Positions 1 to 9,496 of a stretch of 64,000 nucleotides of DNA are shown here, in pieces. The position numbers and the translations under genes are program-made. The number at the start of each line of letters is the position of its first letter. Position 1 is the stretch's first letter. The DNA comes from Gemmatimonadota bacterium (GTDB lineage Bacteria > Gemmatimonadota > Gemmatimonadetes > Longimicrobiales > Gaopeijiaceae): the NCBI GenBank assembly GCA_041390105.1, contig JAWKQO010000004.1, forward strand, positions 64,158 through 128,157. The letters are read 5' to 3'. Under the pieces are notes generated by a model. The model was not told the DNA's origin. It worked only from the letters and a program-made list of their open reading frames with translations, and searched no databases.

Positions 1-396
1 CAGCTCGCGATTCTCGACCCGGAGCAGCCGCGCCTCGGCCGCCCGGCGACAGATCGCGATCAGATCGTCGTTGGCGAAGGGCTTCTGCAGGTAGTAGTAC
101 GCGCCTTCGTTCACGGCGCGCATGGCCGTCTGCAGAGACGCCTGCGCCGTCATCAGGATGACCGGCATCTCCGGGTCGACCTCGCGCGCCTTCTGCAGGA
201 GGTCGATGCCGGACGCTCCGGGCATGCGGATGTCGGTGAGGACCACGTCGGGGCGTCCGGCCTCCAGCGCCTCGAGCCCCTCGGCTCCACCCTGTGCCGT
301 GGATACGTCGAAGCCCTCCCCCTTGAAGAGGATCCGCAGCGAGTCGAGGATGCTCGTCTCGTCGTCGACCACCAGAATCCGGATGGGATCGCTCAC
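1..396 (-). CDS. NtrC/PilR-type response regulator, receiver domain only (gene runs off the left edge)
   Basis: Minus-strand translation from GTG at 394-396 reads VSDPIRILVVDDETSILDSLRILFKGEGFDV...DVVLTDIRMPGASGIDLL...VILMTAQASLQTAMRAVNEGAYYYLQKPF. This is a canonical CheY-like receiver of the kind found at the N-terminus of sigma54 activators. It begins immediately after the kinase stop (397-399). It is absent from the ORF track because it is truncated. Confidence 0.85.
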   Translation of the reverse strand, partial: MSDPIRILVVDDETSILDSLRILFKGEGFDVSTAQGGAEGLEALEAGRPDVVLTDIRMPGASGIDLLQKAREVDPEMPVILMTAQASLQTAMRAVNEGAYYYLQKPFANDDLIAICRRAAEARLLRVENREL

Positions 397-2052
397 CTAG
401 GCTCCACGTTCTCCGTGCGCGGGTAACACCATGACGAAGCGGGCACCGCCCAGGGCGCCCCGCTCCACCCAGACGTTGCCTTGATGGGCGTCCATCGCCC
501 GATGGACGACTGCCAAGCCGAGGCCCGACCCCCCTTTGCGGGTCGTGAAGAACGGCTCGAACACCCGACCGAGGTCCCCTTCGGCAACTCCCGGGCCAGA
601 GTCCTCGACGCTGATGCGAACGGAACCCGGAATCCCCAGCGCCCGTGGGTCCTCATCTCCCAGTGGACCCTCGACGGTGACGCGAACCGTGCCGTTCTCG
701 CCCGCGAACTGGAGGGCGTTGAGGACAAGGTTGAAGACTGCGCGATGGAGCAGGTCTGCGTCTCCCCGGATCCGCAACTCGCGGCCCAGGCCCTCGCCCT
801 GGAGCTCCACGCCGGCCGGCGCGTCGGGATGCTGCTCGGCCAGCCGCAGGGCTGCCCCGACCAATTCCGGTAGGTCGACGTCTTCGATCCGCTCACTCCG
901 GATGCGGGCAAACTCGAGGAACTCGGAGAGCAGCCGACTCAGCCGATCGGACTCGGTCAGGACGAGGTTCTGCAGGAGCGCGCGATCGTCTGGAGAAAGG
1001 GTCGGTTTCGAGATCTGTTCCACCGAGCTCCGGATGGATGCGAGCGGGTTCTTGATCTCGTGGGCGAGGGAGGCCGACAACTCCGCGACCGCCTGCAGGC
1101 GCTCGGCGCGGATCTTCAGCCCCTCCATCCGTTCGGCATCGGTGATGTCCTGGAAGATCGCCGTGACCGAGGGCTGGCCGGTCCCGTCGCCGATCAGAAC
1201 CGCGGTACTCACGCCGAAGACCGCGGCTTCCCCTCCGATGCGGGCTTCCAGCTTCCGCCGCAGCACAGGCCGTCGCGTCTGCCCCGAACCTCTAATCACC
1301 TCGGCCATCCCGGGCGCCACCCGATCGACCTCGTCCAGCACACGCTGCCCCAACCAGATCGAGGCGTCGAGGCCGAGGAGCTTCTCGGCGGCCTGGTTGA
1401 TGTATGCCAGTCGGCCCCGACCATCCACGGTGAGCAAGCCCGTGCTGAGGTTCGCCAGGATGTCGCCCGTATCCAGGCGGAGCTGGCGCAACTCCGACTC
1501 CACTGCCCCCAGGGTCATGCCGGCCCGGCGCAACCCGGCCCCGAGCCAGCCCGTCACCAGGGAGACCAGAGCGAACAGGGCAAGCAGGACGAGGGTGCTG
1601 CCGCGGAAGGTGTCGGGATGGGCCCACGCGACATCGCCCGCGAAGAGCGTGGTGGTGCTGGCCCAAACCACCAGCTGACCCCAGGCGGGAAGCATGAGGG
1701 CGGCGGCCGTCAGCACCAGAATGAAGACGGGCGTGAAAGGGCTCTGGGCTCCTCCGGTAAGGTGGATGACCGAGGTGGTCAGCAACACGTCGAAGAGGGA
1801 CTGCGCCAGCCGGAAGGACACCGTGGGCTCGACGCCCTGCGTGTGCGTGACCCGGTAGGACCATGCAGTGAACGCCACGGCCCCCAGGAAGATCATGGCG
1901 GCGGCGAAGGTCTGGTCGGGGGGAGCGGTGCCCCATCCGATCAAGGCCGCGAGCAGGATCCCCCCCGCCACAGCGAGGCGGCCGAGGTAGTTGAGGCGCA
2001 GAATCCCCCGCAGGCTGAGCGCCCGATTGCTGGCAGGCAGGTCGAGCTTCAC
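397..2052 (-). CDS. Sensor histidine kinase, PilS-like architecture (multi-TM N-terminus, PAS, HisKA, HATPase)
   Basis: 551-aa ORF. The N-terminal ~170 aa contain several hydrophobic helices. A PAS-like segment follows (LLTVDGRGRLAYINQAAEKLLG). H-box SLAHEIKNPLASI, N-box FNLVLNALQFA, G-boxes EDSGPGV and GGSGLGLAVV. Confidence 0.9.
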   Translation of the reverse strand: MKLDLPASNRALSLRGILRLNYLGRLAVAGGILLAALIGWGTAPPDQTFAAAMIFLGAVAFTAWSYRVTHTQGVEPTVSFRLAQSLFDVLLTTSVIHLTGGAQSPFTPVFILVLTAAALMLPAWGQLVVWASTTTLFAGDVAWAHPDTFRGSTLVLLALFALVSLVTGWLGAGLRRAGMTLGAVESELRQLRLDTGDILANLSTGLLTVDGRGRLAYINQAAEKLLGLDASIWLGQRVLDEVDRVAPGMAEVIRGSGQTRRPVLRRKLEARIGGEAAVFGVSTAVLIGDGTGQPSVTAIFQDITDAERMEGLKIRAERLQAVAELSASLAHEIKNPLASIRSSVEQISKPTLSPDDRALLQNLVLTESDRLSRLLSEFLEFARIRSERIEDVDLPELVGAALRLAEQHPDAPAGVELQGEGLGRELRIRGDADLLHRAVFNLVLNALQFAGENGTVRVTVEGPLGDEDPRALGIPGSVRISVEDSGPGVAEGDLGRVFEPFFTTRKGGSGLGLAVVHRAMDAHQGNVWVERGALGGARFVMVLPAHGERGA

Positions 2053-2121
2053 CGGGCGTATCCGTGCGCGGGGGCGTCTAGCGGGCGGGTCCTGACCCGG
2101 ACGAGACGGAAGGGGAATCCT

Positions 2122-2745
2122 TCATCGGGCAGGGTCAGGGAGCGAAGGCCGTGCCAGCGTTCGGATCTCTCCGGGGAGCACGTAGGCATTGCCCCCCAGT
2201 CGGCCCACCGCGGGAAGTGATTCGGGGCGGACGCGATGGGATCCGGGCTCGAAGTCCAGCTCCGGCGCCAGTCGAATCTGGCGGACCCTGCCGAGGACGA
2301 GCCGAGTCGTGGATGGAGCCAGGTCCACCTCTCGCTCGACGCTGCATAGGAGCACAGCTGGGCTTTCGCTCACGAATGGGATCTCCGGATCGTCGTTCCA
2401 CTCGAGACGCACGTCCCCGAAGGCAAACTCGCTGGTCTCGGGTGGAAGCTCGGCCGACGTGAGGTTCATGGACTCCAGCTGCGGCACCGTCACCAGGTTC
2501 ACGCAGAACCAAGGATGGGCACGCATGTTGGTCAGGGAGTCCTTCTCGGCACCGGTACGCCGTGGTGCAATGGAGACCCCGACCAGCATCGGCGTGGCCG
2601 AGAGCGCCGCATAGAAACTGAACGGCGCCAGATTCGGAATGCGTGCCGACGAGGTCGTCGAGATCCAGCCGATGGGGCGTGGTACCACGAGTGAAGTCAA
2701 CAACTCGTAGCGTGCGCGCGAGCTCAGAGCGTCAGGCTCGACCAC
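2122..2745 (-). CDS. Flavin reductase-like (FMN-binding split-barrel) protein
   Basis: ORF 2122-2898 contains LTSLVVPRPIGWISTTS...PNLAPFSFYAALSATPMLVGVSI, typical of the flavin reductase domain. I place the start at GTG 2745 (VVEPDAL...) because the longer ORF would overlap the upstream gene, which ends at 2774. The start is uncertain. Confidence 0.7.
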   Translation of the reverse strand: MVEPDALSSRARYELLTSLVVPRPIGWISTTSSARIPNLAPFSFYAALSATPMLVGVSIAPRRTGAEKDSLTNMRAHPWFCVNLVTVPQLESMNLTSAELPPETSEFAFGDVRLEWNDDPEIPFVSESPAVLLCSVEREVDLAPSTTRLVLGRVRQIRLAPELDFEPGSHRVRPESLPAVGRLGGNAYVLPGEIRTLARPSLPDPAR

Positions 2746-2773
2746 GGACGTGGCCCCGCGATGTTCGGACGAG

Positions 2774-3544
2774 TCAGCGCGCAACGGGGACACGCAGCAG
2801 CTGGCCCGCGTAGATTCGACTGCCAGAGAGCCCATTGGCTTCACGAATCGAATCCAGCGTCGTGCCGTACTTCTGCGCGATCGCCCAGAGGCTCTCACCG
2901 CGCGCTACGCGGTGACCTACTTCCTGGGAGCCTGCCTCGGGGCCAAGCTCGGTTCCGGTGAGCTGGGCGACGTACTGCTGATAGGGTTCGGGGAATACCG
3001 CGACGTGATAGTGGGGTGGACGGCGTTCGCGCGTCGCCTCCAGCACGCGCTTGCCCTCCAGGTCCAGGAGGACGCGCTCCAACCAGGCGCGGCAACCGGG
3101 GTCCGTGCTCCGCCGCAGATCCACGGCCATCCCGGTCGGATGGACCGAGCGGTCGGACGCGTTGCGGGGCTGCCGGGACAGGGGACGAGTCAGCGAAGTG
3201 ACGATCAGCGGCTCCCCACAGGCCCTCCGGTACTGGGCGGCCAGGCGCTCGACGAAGAGCTTCACCTCGGGCCGGGCATAGGGGAAGGACACCGCCTTGA
3301 GTCGGAAGTCGCCATTGGCGTCCACCGGTACCAGATAGCCGCTCTCGACAAAACGACGCACCTGTGAGGTTGAAGCCAGGTAGGTGTAGTCGTGCCGAAC
3401 GGCCTGGTCGTTCTGGCGGTCGAGCGACGTGGGTGAGCCGCGTAGGCTCTGCCCTGCCAGGGGCGACGTGGAGGCGAGCAGCAACAGGCAGAACGCCGGA
3501 GTCCATCCACGTGTCAAGCGAGTTGCCTGGGCCGTCATGCGCAT
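2774..3544 (-). CDS. Secreted LAS/M15-type zinc peptidase-like protein with C-terminal LysM domain
   Basis: Start at ATG 3544 gives MRMTAQATRLTRGWTPAFCLLLLASTSPLAGQ, a signal peptide. SVHPTGMAVDL fits the SxHxxGxAxD zinc motif, and a later HYHV fits HxH. The C-terminus HRVARGESLWAIAQKYGTTLDSIREANGLSGSRIYAGQLLRVP is a LysM repeat. The longer ORF 2774-4126 is an artefactual N-terminal extension. Confidence 0.75.
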   Translation of the reverse strand: MRMTAQATRLTRGWTPAFCLLLLASTSPLAGQSLRGSPTSLDRQNDQAVRHDYTYLASTSQVRRFVESGYLVPVDANGDFRLKAVSFPYARPEVKLFVERLAAQYRRACGEPLIVTSLTRPLSRQPRNASDRSVHPTGMAVDLRRSTDPGCRAWLERVLLDLEGKRVLEATRERRPPHYHVAVFPEPYQQYVAQLTGTELGPEAGSQEVGHRVARGESLWAIAQKYGTTLDSIREANGLSGSRIYAGQLLRVPVAR

Positions 3545-3824
3545 CTGTGGGGCACGGGCTGAGGGTTCTCGTCCACGAATCGCGCCCTCCGGGACCCCGG
3601 CCAAGCAAGCTCCGGGCCGACTGCGGCGTCGGGGCCACATGTAAACAGATGAATCGCCATCCCGCAAGCCCTCGTGGGTGCGCCTCGGCCCCCCCCGGAC
3701 ACCGGGTCGACACCGTCGGCGGTGCCCAAGATCCCCTTGTGGCCCCTGGCCCCACCGGCAATTGTTGCAGCCCAGCCCCACCCCACCCGGCCGTTCCCGT
3801 TGGATCCCGAACCCAGGAGAAGCG

Positions 3825-6203
3825 ATGCCTGCCCCAGCCGGCCAGTTCGAGCTCGGTGCCCGGATCGACCCCGGCACCCGCGATCGGCTGAGCGAGCCCG
3901 TCCATCTGCGGGCCTCCGACCTGACCACCCACGGCGTCATCGTGGGCATGACGGGGTCCGGCAAGACGGGCCTCGGCATCGTCATGATCGAGGAGGCGCT
4001 GCTGGCCGGGATCCCCGTTCTGGCCATCGACCCGAAAGGGGACCTGGGCAACCTGCTGCTCACCTTCCCCGACCTCCGAGCCGCCGACTTCGAACCCTGG
4101 GTCAGCCCGGGTGACGCGGAGCGCAAGGGTCTGAGCGTCGCGGACTACGCCGGCCAGCAGGCGGAGAAATGGCGCTCGGGCTTGGAGTCCTGGGGACTCG
4201 GACCCGAGCGGATCCGCGCTTTGCGCGAGCGAGCGGACCTGGTGATCTACACGCCCGGCTCCACCGCCGGCGTACCGCTCGACGTGGTCGGCTCGCTGGC
4301 GCCCCCGGCCGGCTCGGTCGATGCGGAAGCCCGCGCGGACGAGGTCGAAGGATTGGTGACCAGCCTGTTGGGCCTGGTCGGGATCGAGGCCGATCCGATC
4401 AGCAGCCGCGAGCATATCCTTCTGTCGACCCTGATCGGGCACGCCTGGGACCACGGGCAGACTCTCGATCTTCCCTCGTTGGTCCTGCGGGTCACCGATC
4501 CGCCGCTGCGCAAGCTGGGCGTCTTCGAGATCGACACCTTCTTCCCGGCCAAGGACCGCACCGCCCTGGCCATGCGCCTGAACGGGCTGATCGCCTCTCC
4601 GTCCTTCGCCTCCTGGACCCAGGGTCCGGCGTTGGATCCCGCATCTCTGCTCATCGCGCCCGACGGCCGACCCCGCGCCGCCGTCGTCACGCTCGCGCAC
4701 CTGTCGGATGCCGAACGCCAGTTCGTGGTGACCCTGCTGTTGTCGCGCATGATCACCTGGATGCGCGCGCAGTCGGGAACCGGAGATCTGCGAACCCTGG
4801 TCTACATGGACGAGGTCTTCGGCTTCGTCCCTCCTACCGCAGCGCCTCCGTCCAAGAAACCGATCCTGACCCTGCTCAAGCAGGCGCGCGCCTTCGGCGT
4901 CGGGATGGTCCTGTCCACCCAGAACCCGGTGGATCTCGACTACAAGGCCCTTTCCAATGCCGGCACCTGGATGATCGGTCGCTTGCAGACGGAGCGCGAC
5001 AAAGCTCGGCTGGTCGATGGTCTTCGTTCCGCGGCGGGGAGCGTGGACATCGGCGCATTGGAAACCACCATCTCCGGCCTGGGTGGCAGGGAGTTCGTGC
5101 TCCATACCACCCGCGGCAATCCGCCCGAGCTGTTCACCACCCGCTGGGCCCTATCGTACCTTCGCGGTCCGCTCACCCGGGATCAGATCCAGACGCTGAT
5201 GCGGGAGCGCCCCGAGAAGCACGCGGACAGCACCACTCCTTCGCGCGGCGCTCCTCCTCCACCCTCGGACACAGTCGCCGCGGCTCCCCCCGTCGCGGCG
5301 GGCATCCCGGTCTACTATCTCGATCCCGCGGCCCCCTGGGCCGGTCAGGTCGGCGCCCGCTCCGGCAGCGCCCGCTACGAGCCAGCGGTGGTCGCTCGCG
5401 TCCAACTCCTGTTCGACGAGACCAAAGCCGACCTCCGACATCAGGAGGAATGGGAAGCAGTGTTCTTCCCCCTCGCTCCCACCCTCGACCCTGCCGAAGC
5501 CACCCACGTGGACTACGACGCGCGGGACCTCCGGAGCGAGCCTCCGGCCTCCGGGGTCGGACATGTGCCCACCGGCGCGCCACTGGCCGAGCGCCGCTAT
5601 TTCACGGACCTCGAGTCCGCGCTCAAGGAGCACCTGTACCGCAATCAATCCGTGGAGGTATTCGCCAATCGGTCGCTGAAGCTCTTCTCACGGATCGGCG
5701 AGTCCCGGTCGGATTTCGAGGCCCGCTGTCGGGGGGCCGCCGAGGACGCGGAGGACGCGGATGCAGCGAAGATCCGCGATCGCTTCGAGGACCGTATGGA
5801 GCGCGTGCGCCAGGGGCTTGCCAAAGCCCAGGATCGCGTCGAGGAGCTCGAGGAAGCCTCCCGCCAACGAAAGGGGCAGGAGTTGCTCTCCGGCGTCGGC
5901 AGCGTACTGACCGCATTCCTGGGCGGACGACGGACCGCGAGCAAGATCGCCACCGAGATCCGCCGGGCGAGCAGCCGTCGCGGAAGCAGCTCGGCTGCGG
6001 CGCAGCGACTGGACTCCGCCCAGAATCGGCTCGACGAAAAAGGAGCCGAGCTCGAACGGCTGGAAGGGGAGCTGGCAGACCAGCTCCTCGAGATCGACGA
6101 ACGATGGAACCAGCGAGCGGCGGACATCGAAGTGATCCACGTCGGGCTCGAGAAGTCCGACATCAACGTCGCCGAGATCGCCGTGGTCTGGGTCCCCCGC
6201 TGA
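3825..6203 (+). CDS. HerA/FtsK-superfamily P-loop ATPase (DUF87/DUF853-like) with long charged helical C-terminal tail
   Basis: ATG 3825 is preceded by AGGAGA (3815-3820). Walker A is HGVIVGMTGSGKTGLG, followed by AIDPKGDLGNLL. Walker B is LVYMDEVFGFVPP, followed by GVGMVLSTQNPVDLDYK. The last ~200 aa are rich in E/R/A/L helical segments. Confidence 0.85.
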   Translation: MPAPAGQFELGARIDPGTRDRLSEPVHLRASDLTTHGVIVGMTGSGKTGLGIVMIEEALLAGIPVLAIDPKGDLGNLLLTFPDLRAADFEPWVSPGDAERKGLSVADYAGQQAEKWRSGLESWGLGPERIRALRERADLVIYTPGSTAGVPLDVVGSLAPPAGSVDAEARADEVEGLVTSLLGLVGIEADPISSREHILLSTLIGHAWDHGQTLDLPSLVLRVTDPPLRKLGVFEIDTFFPAKDRTALAMRLNGLIASPSFASWTQGPALDPASLLIAPDGRPRAAVVTLAHLSDAERQFVVTLLLSRMITWMRAQSGTGDLRTLVYMDEVFGFVPPTAAPPSKKPILTLLKQARAFGVGMVLSTQNPVDLDYKALSNAGTWMIGRLQTERDKARLVDGLRSAAGSVDIGALETTISGLGGREFVLHTTRGNPPELFTTRWALSYLRGPLTRDQIQTLMRERPEKHADSTTPSRGAPPPPSDTVAAAPPVAAGIPVYYLDPAAPWAGQVGARSGSARYEPAVVARVQLLFDETKADLRHQEEWEAVFFPLAPTLDPAEATHVDYDARDLRSEPPASGVGHVPTGAPLAERRYFTDLESALKEHLYRNQSVEVFANRSLKLFSRIGESRSDFEARCRGAAEDAEDADAAKIRDRFEDRMERVRQGLAKAQDRVEELEEASRQRKGQELLSGVGSVLTAFLGGRRTASKIATEIRRASSRRGSSSAAAQRLDSAQNRLDEKGAELERLEGELADQLLEIDERWNQRAADIEVIHVGLEKSDINVAEIAVVWVPR

Positions 6204-6248
6204 AGTGCGCCCCCGCGCGCACAGCGTCCAGATCGCGGCGTGAGCAAG

Positions 6249-6284
6249 GACGAGGCGACGCTCCTTCCGGAGCGCCGCCTCGTC
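6249..6284. terminator. Hairpin between convergent genes (possible bidirectional terminator)
   Basis: gacgaggcgacgctcc / ttcc / ggagcgccgcctcgtc: a 16-position stem with one mismatch and a 4-nt loop. It lies between the ATPase stop (6203) and the sodA stop (6310). There is no U-tract. Confidence 0.45.
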
Positions 6285-6309
6285 TGTCACGGTCCGCGCG
6301 CGGGTGAGC

Positions 6310-6930
6310 TCAGCCGCCGGCCCCTGCCAAGTTGGCCGCGACCACGTCCCAGTTGACCACGTTCCAGAAGGCCTCCAGGTAGTCCGGGCGGCGGTTCTGG
6401 TAGTGCAGGTAATAGGCATGTTCCCAGACGTCGACCCCCAGGATCGGTACGTGGCCGTCCATCAGGGGGCTATCCTGGTTCGCCGTGGAGTAGACCTCCA
6501 GGGCTCCCGAACCTCCCACGACCAACCACCCCCAGCCGGACCCGAAGCGGGAGGCGGCGGTGGCTTTGAACTTCGACTTGAAATCGTCGAAGCTGCCGAA
6601 CGCGCTGGAGAGCGCGCTGGCCAGGGCGCCGCCGGGGCTCGTGGCGCCACCCGGCGTCATCACATTCCAGAAGAGGGCGTGATTCACATACCCTCCTCCG
6701 TTGTTCCGCACCGCGGTACGAATCTGCTCCGGCACAGACGCCATGTTCCGGAGGATGTCCTCCGCCGATTTCCCGTGTAGCGCCGGATGACCTTCGAGCG
6801 CGGCATTGAAGTTGTTCGTGTAGCCCTGGTGATGCTTCCCGTGGTGGATCTCCATCGTGCGAGCGTCGATGTGCGGCTCGAGGGCGTCGTACGCGTAGCC
6901 GAGCGCGGGAAGCGAGAACGGATAGGGCAT
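6310..6930 (-). CDS. sodA: Superoxide dismutase, Fe/Mn family (Mn-type signature)
   Basis: Start ATG 6930 has AGGAGG upstream. Sequence reads [37 protein letters not shown]...[13 protein letters not shown]...[20 protein letters not shown]. Confidence 0.95.
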   Translation of the reverse strand: MPYPFSLPALGYAYDALEPHIDARTMEIHHGKHHQGYTNNFNAALEGHPALHGKSAEDILRNMASVPEQIRTAVRNNGGGYVNHALFWNVMTPGGATSPGGALASALSSAFGSFDDFKSKFKATAASRFGSGWGWLVVGGSGALEVYSTANQDSPLMDGHVPILGVDVWEHAYYLHYQNRRPDYLEAFWNVVNWDVVAANLAGAGG

Positions 6931-7096
6931 GTGCTGAACCTCCTGGGATTCGCTGGCGGAGGGTCGGGCCCCGCCCGACCTGTGGTGGAGCGGTACCCCT
7001 GATTCTACCTTCCGGGTCCGGCCTCGCAACGATCCCCCGACGCCGCCAGGGAGACCTGCCACGACCGCTCCAACGGCCCCCCGTCGCCTGCTGCAC

Positions 7097-8305
7097 GTGG
7101 ACTGCGACATGTTCTACGTGCAGGTCGCCATGCTGCTCGATCCGGAGGGCGCCGGTCGCGAAACCCTGCTGATCGTTGGTGGAACACCGAGCGGTCGGGG
7201 CGTGGTGACTTCAGCTTCCTACCCCGTGCGGGCCTTCGGCGTGCGCTCGGGCATGCCGACGGGCCAGGCGCTGCGCCTGTGCCCCGACGCCGTGGTCGTG
7301 CCCGTTCCCCGCGGCGCCTGTCTCGAGCGCAGCACCCAGGTACGCGCCGTGCTCGACGAGTGGTCGCCTGTCGTTCAGGCCGCCTCGATCGATGAGTTCT
7401 ACCTGGATCTCTCCGGCACGGAGCGCATTCCCGGCTACGAACACATGGAGCCGCTGGCCCAGCGCATGCGCAGTGACGTCTTGAGGCGGGCGCAGATCTC
7501 GGTCTCCATCGGCGGCGGCGGCACGCGCATCGTGGCCAAGCTCGCTACGTCCCGAGCCAAGCCTGGCGGCGTGCACATCGTCCCTACTGGTGGCGAAGCG
7601 GACTTCATGCGCCAGTTCCGGCTCAATGACATCCCCGGGGTGGGTCCCAGCCTGGGCGCGAGCCTCTCCCGGCGCGGACTGCATACGGTGGTCGACGCGT
7701 TGGAGGTGGACGAAGAGTGGCTCGTGCGGTGGCTTGGCGACGCACGGGGGCGCTGGCTGCACCGACGGATCCGCGGGATCGACGGGTCGTCGGTACAGGC
7801 ACACGAGCCTCGCAAGTCCATCAGCTCCGAACGAACGTTCCTCGAAGACGTGGAGGGGGACGAAGAGCTCGAGGACCAGCTCTTCAAGCTCGCACTGTCT
7901 GTCGGCCACTCCCTGCGCAGAGCGTCTCTGCGGGCGCGGACGGTGACGGTCAAGCTGCGTGACCAAGACTTCACCACCCGGTCGGCGGCGCGCACCCTCG
8001 ACGATGCGATCGAGTCCGATACCGCACTCTTCCAGGTGGGGCGCGCGCTCCTGGGCGAGTTGCGCCGCAAGCGACGGAGACCAGCCCGCCTGCTGGGCAT
8101 CGGAGCCACCGGGCTGGTCACCGCGGAACGCGAGGGACAGTTCGAGATCTTCGAGTCGAAGATGCAAGGGGAGCGCGACCGGGACCGCCGCGTGAACCGG
8201 GCCGTCGACCAACTGCGCGCACGCTTCGGAGAAGCCGCAGTGCTACCGGGCCGCATCGCCGGCAGCAAGCGGGAAGATCCGGACCTGGACGGACGAGAGC
8301 GCTAG
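7097..8305 (+). CDS. dinB: DNA polymerase IV (Y-family)
   Basis: (LLH)[16 protein letters not shown]...[19 protein letters not shown]...[12 protein letters not shown]...[21 protein letters not shown]...IPGVGPSL...SISSERTF. The annotated GTG start falls inside the conserved first strand, so the true start may be a non-canonical codon a few codons upstream. Confidence 0.9.
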   Translation: MDCDMFYVQVAMLLDPEGAGRETLLIVGGTPSGRGVVTSASYPVRAFGVRSGMPTGQALRLCPDAVVVPVPRGACLERSTQVRAVLDEWSPVVQAASIDEFYLDLSGTERIPGYEHMEPLAQRMRSDVLRRAQISVSIGGGGTRIVAKLATSRAKPGGVHIVPTGGEADFMRQFRLNDIPGVGPSLGASLSRRGLHTVVDALEVDEEWLVRWLGDARGRWLHRRIRGIDGSSVQAHEPRKSISSERTFLEDVEGDEELEDQLFKLALSVGHSLRRASLRARTVTVKLRDQDFTTRSAARTLDDAIESDTALFQVGRALLGELRRKRRRPARLLGIGATGLVTAEREGQFEIFESKMQGERDRDRRVNRAVDQLRARFGEAAVLPGRIAGSKREDPDLDGRER

Positions 8306-8330
8306 CAGAGCTCCCGCGCCCAACGGCAAC

Positions 8331-9416
8331 TCAATGGTGAGCGTCGTCTCCCTCATAGAGGGAAGCGGCCCCGCCAGACATCCAGAGGCGGAAGAGTGCG
8401 TCGACCACGTCCGGGTCGAAGGCCTGACCGCGCTCCCCACGCACCAGCGCCAATCCTTCCTCCAGATCCTCCGGGGTCCCCCGGGCGTGAGCCACCGCGT
8501 CGAAGAGGTCCGCGACGGCTACGATCCGCGCCTCGATGGGAATCTCTTCGCCACTGAGACCACGGGGATATCCTTCGCCATCCCAACGTTCGTGGTGGCA
8601 CCACGCGATGTCGGCGGCCATATCCGTCACTGGATGGCCGAGACCGCGCAGGATCTCCGCGCCGAAGCGCGTGTGCAGCTTCATGAGCCCGAACCGTTCA
8701 GACGACAGGGGCTCTGGATCCAGCAAGACGTCATCGGGAATGGACACCTTGCCGAAGTCATGCAGGGGCGCCGCGTGACGCAGCAACCGGGCCCGATCCT
8801 CTCCCAGGCCCAGCTCGATCGCCAGCAACGCCGACAACGCGCCGACCCGCTCGACGTGGATGCCGGTGGGGTCGACCCGCGACTCCGCAGCTCGCGCCAT
8901 GCGGTGGAGCAGCTCGATCTCCACCGGCGTGTCGGAAGGCGTGGGCATCGGAGCGCTGCTGGCAGACCCGGCTGCGGTCGCACGCGCGTGGTGTAGCAGC
9001 AGCTGGCAGCGGACCGCGAACAGAAGGAGTCGGGGATCGACCGGGGACCGCAGCACGGAAGAGAACTGCTGTGGGTCCACCGCACCGGCGGCGTGGATCG
9101 GCTCGATCCCGATCAGCGCCGGAGCACGACTGGAGCCCGCCGAGATCGCCCCCAGCCGACGGGCGCCCGGTGCGTCCAGGTCGACGATCAGCACGGAGCA
9201 GGCAAGGAACTCCTGACCCGGCCACCCCACGTCCGGTAGAGCCGCCGCGAAGGTGTTGGTGAACCCGGCTTCGTGAAGCGCTGCGCTCAGCGCCTCGCGC
9301 TGGCCGACGTCAGGCGAGAGGATACCGACCTTCGCCGCTCGTAGCTGGCGCTCCAAAGCCCCGAATGCATCCCCACCCTCCTCCGGATCGATACGGTCCA
9401 CCGGATAATGATTCAT
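8331..9416 (-). CDS. HD-GYP domain regulator with N-terminal receiver-like domain (RpfG-like)
   Basis: HAAPLHDFGKVSIPDDVL and WCHHERWDGEGYPRGLSGEEIPIEARIVAVADLFDA form the HD-GYP signature. The N-terminus (KVGILSPDVG...SVLIVDLDAPG) resembles a receiver domain. I prefer ATG 9416 (MNHYPV) over TTG 9446. Confidence 0.85.
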   Translation of the reverse strand: MNHYPVDRIDPEEGGDAFGALERQLRAAKVGILSPDVGQREALSAALHEAGFTNTFAAALPDVGWPGQEFLACSVLIVDLDAPGARRLGAISAGSSRAPALIGIEPIHAAGAVDPQQFSSVLRSPVDPRLLLFAVRCQLLLHHARATAAGSASSAPMPTPSDTPVEIELLHRMARAAESRVDPTGIHVERVGALSALLAIELGLGEDRARLLRHAAPLHDFGKVSIPDDVLLDPEPLSSERFGLMKLHTRFGAEILRGLGHPVTDMAADIAWCHHERWDGEGYPRGLSGEEIPIEARIVAVADLFDAVAHARGTPEDLEEGLALVRGERGQAFDPDVVDALFRLWMSGGAASLYEGDDAHH

Positions 9417-9496
9417 GCCGCCAGGATGGCGGGGGAGCAACAACAACGCAACTCCACCCGCTTCGGATCGGGGGTGGCGTCGCCGCCACTCCGCCT

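Noticed and set aside
2895-5105. 736-aa minus-strand ORF overlapping the ATPase gene and the LysM peptidase gene
   Set aside because: Arg/Gly/Pro-rich nonsense-like sequence. The plus frame has Walker A and B motifs and a Shine-Dalgarno-preceded ATG.
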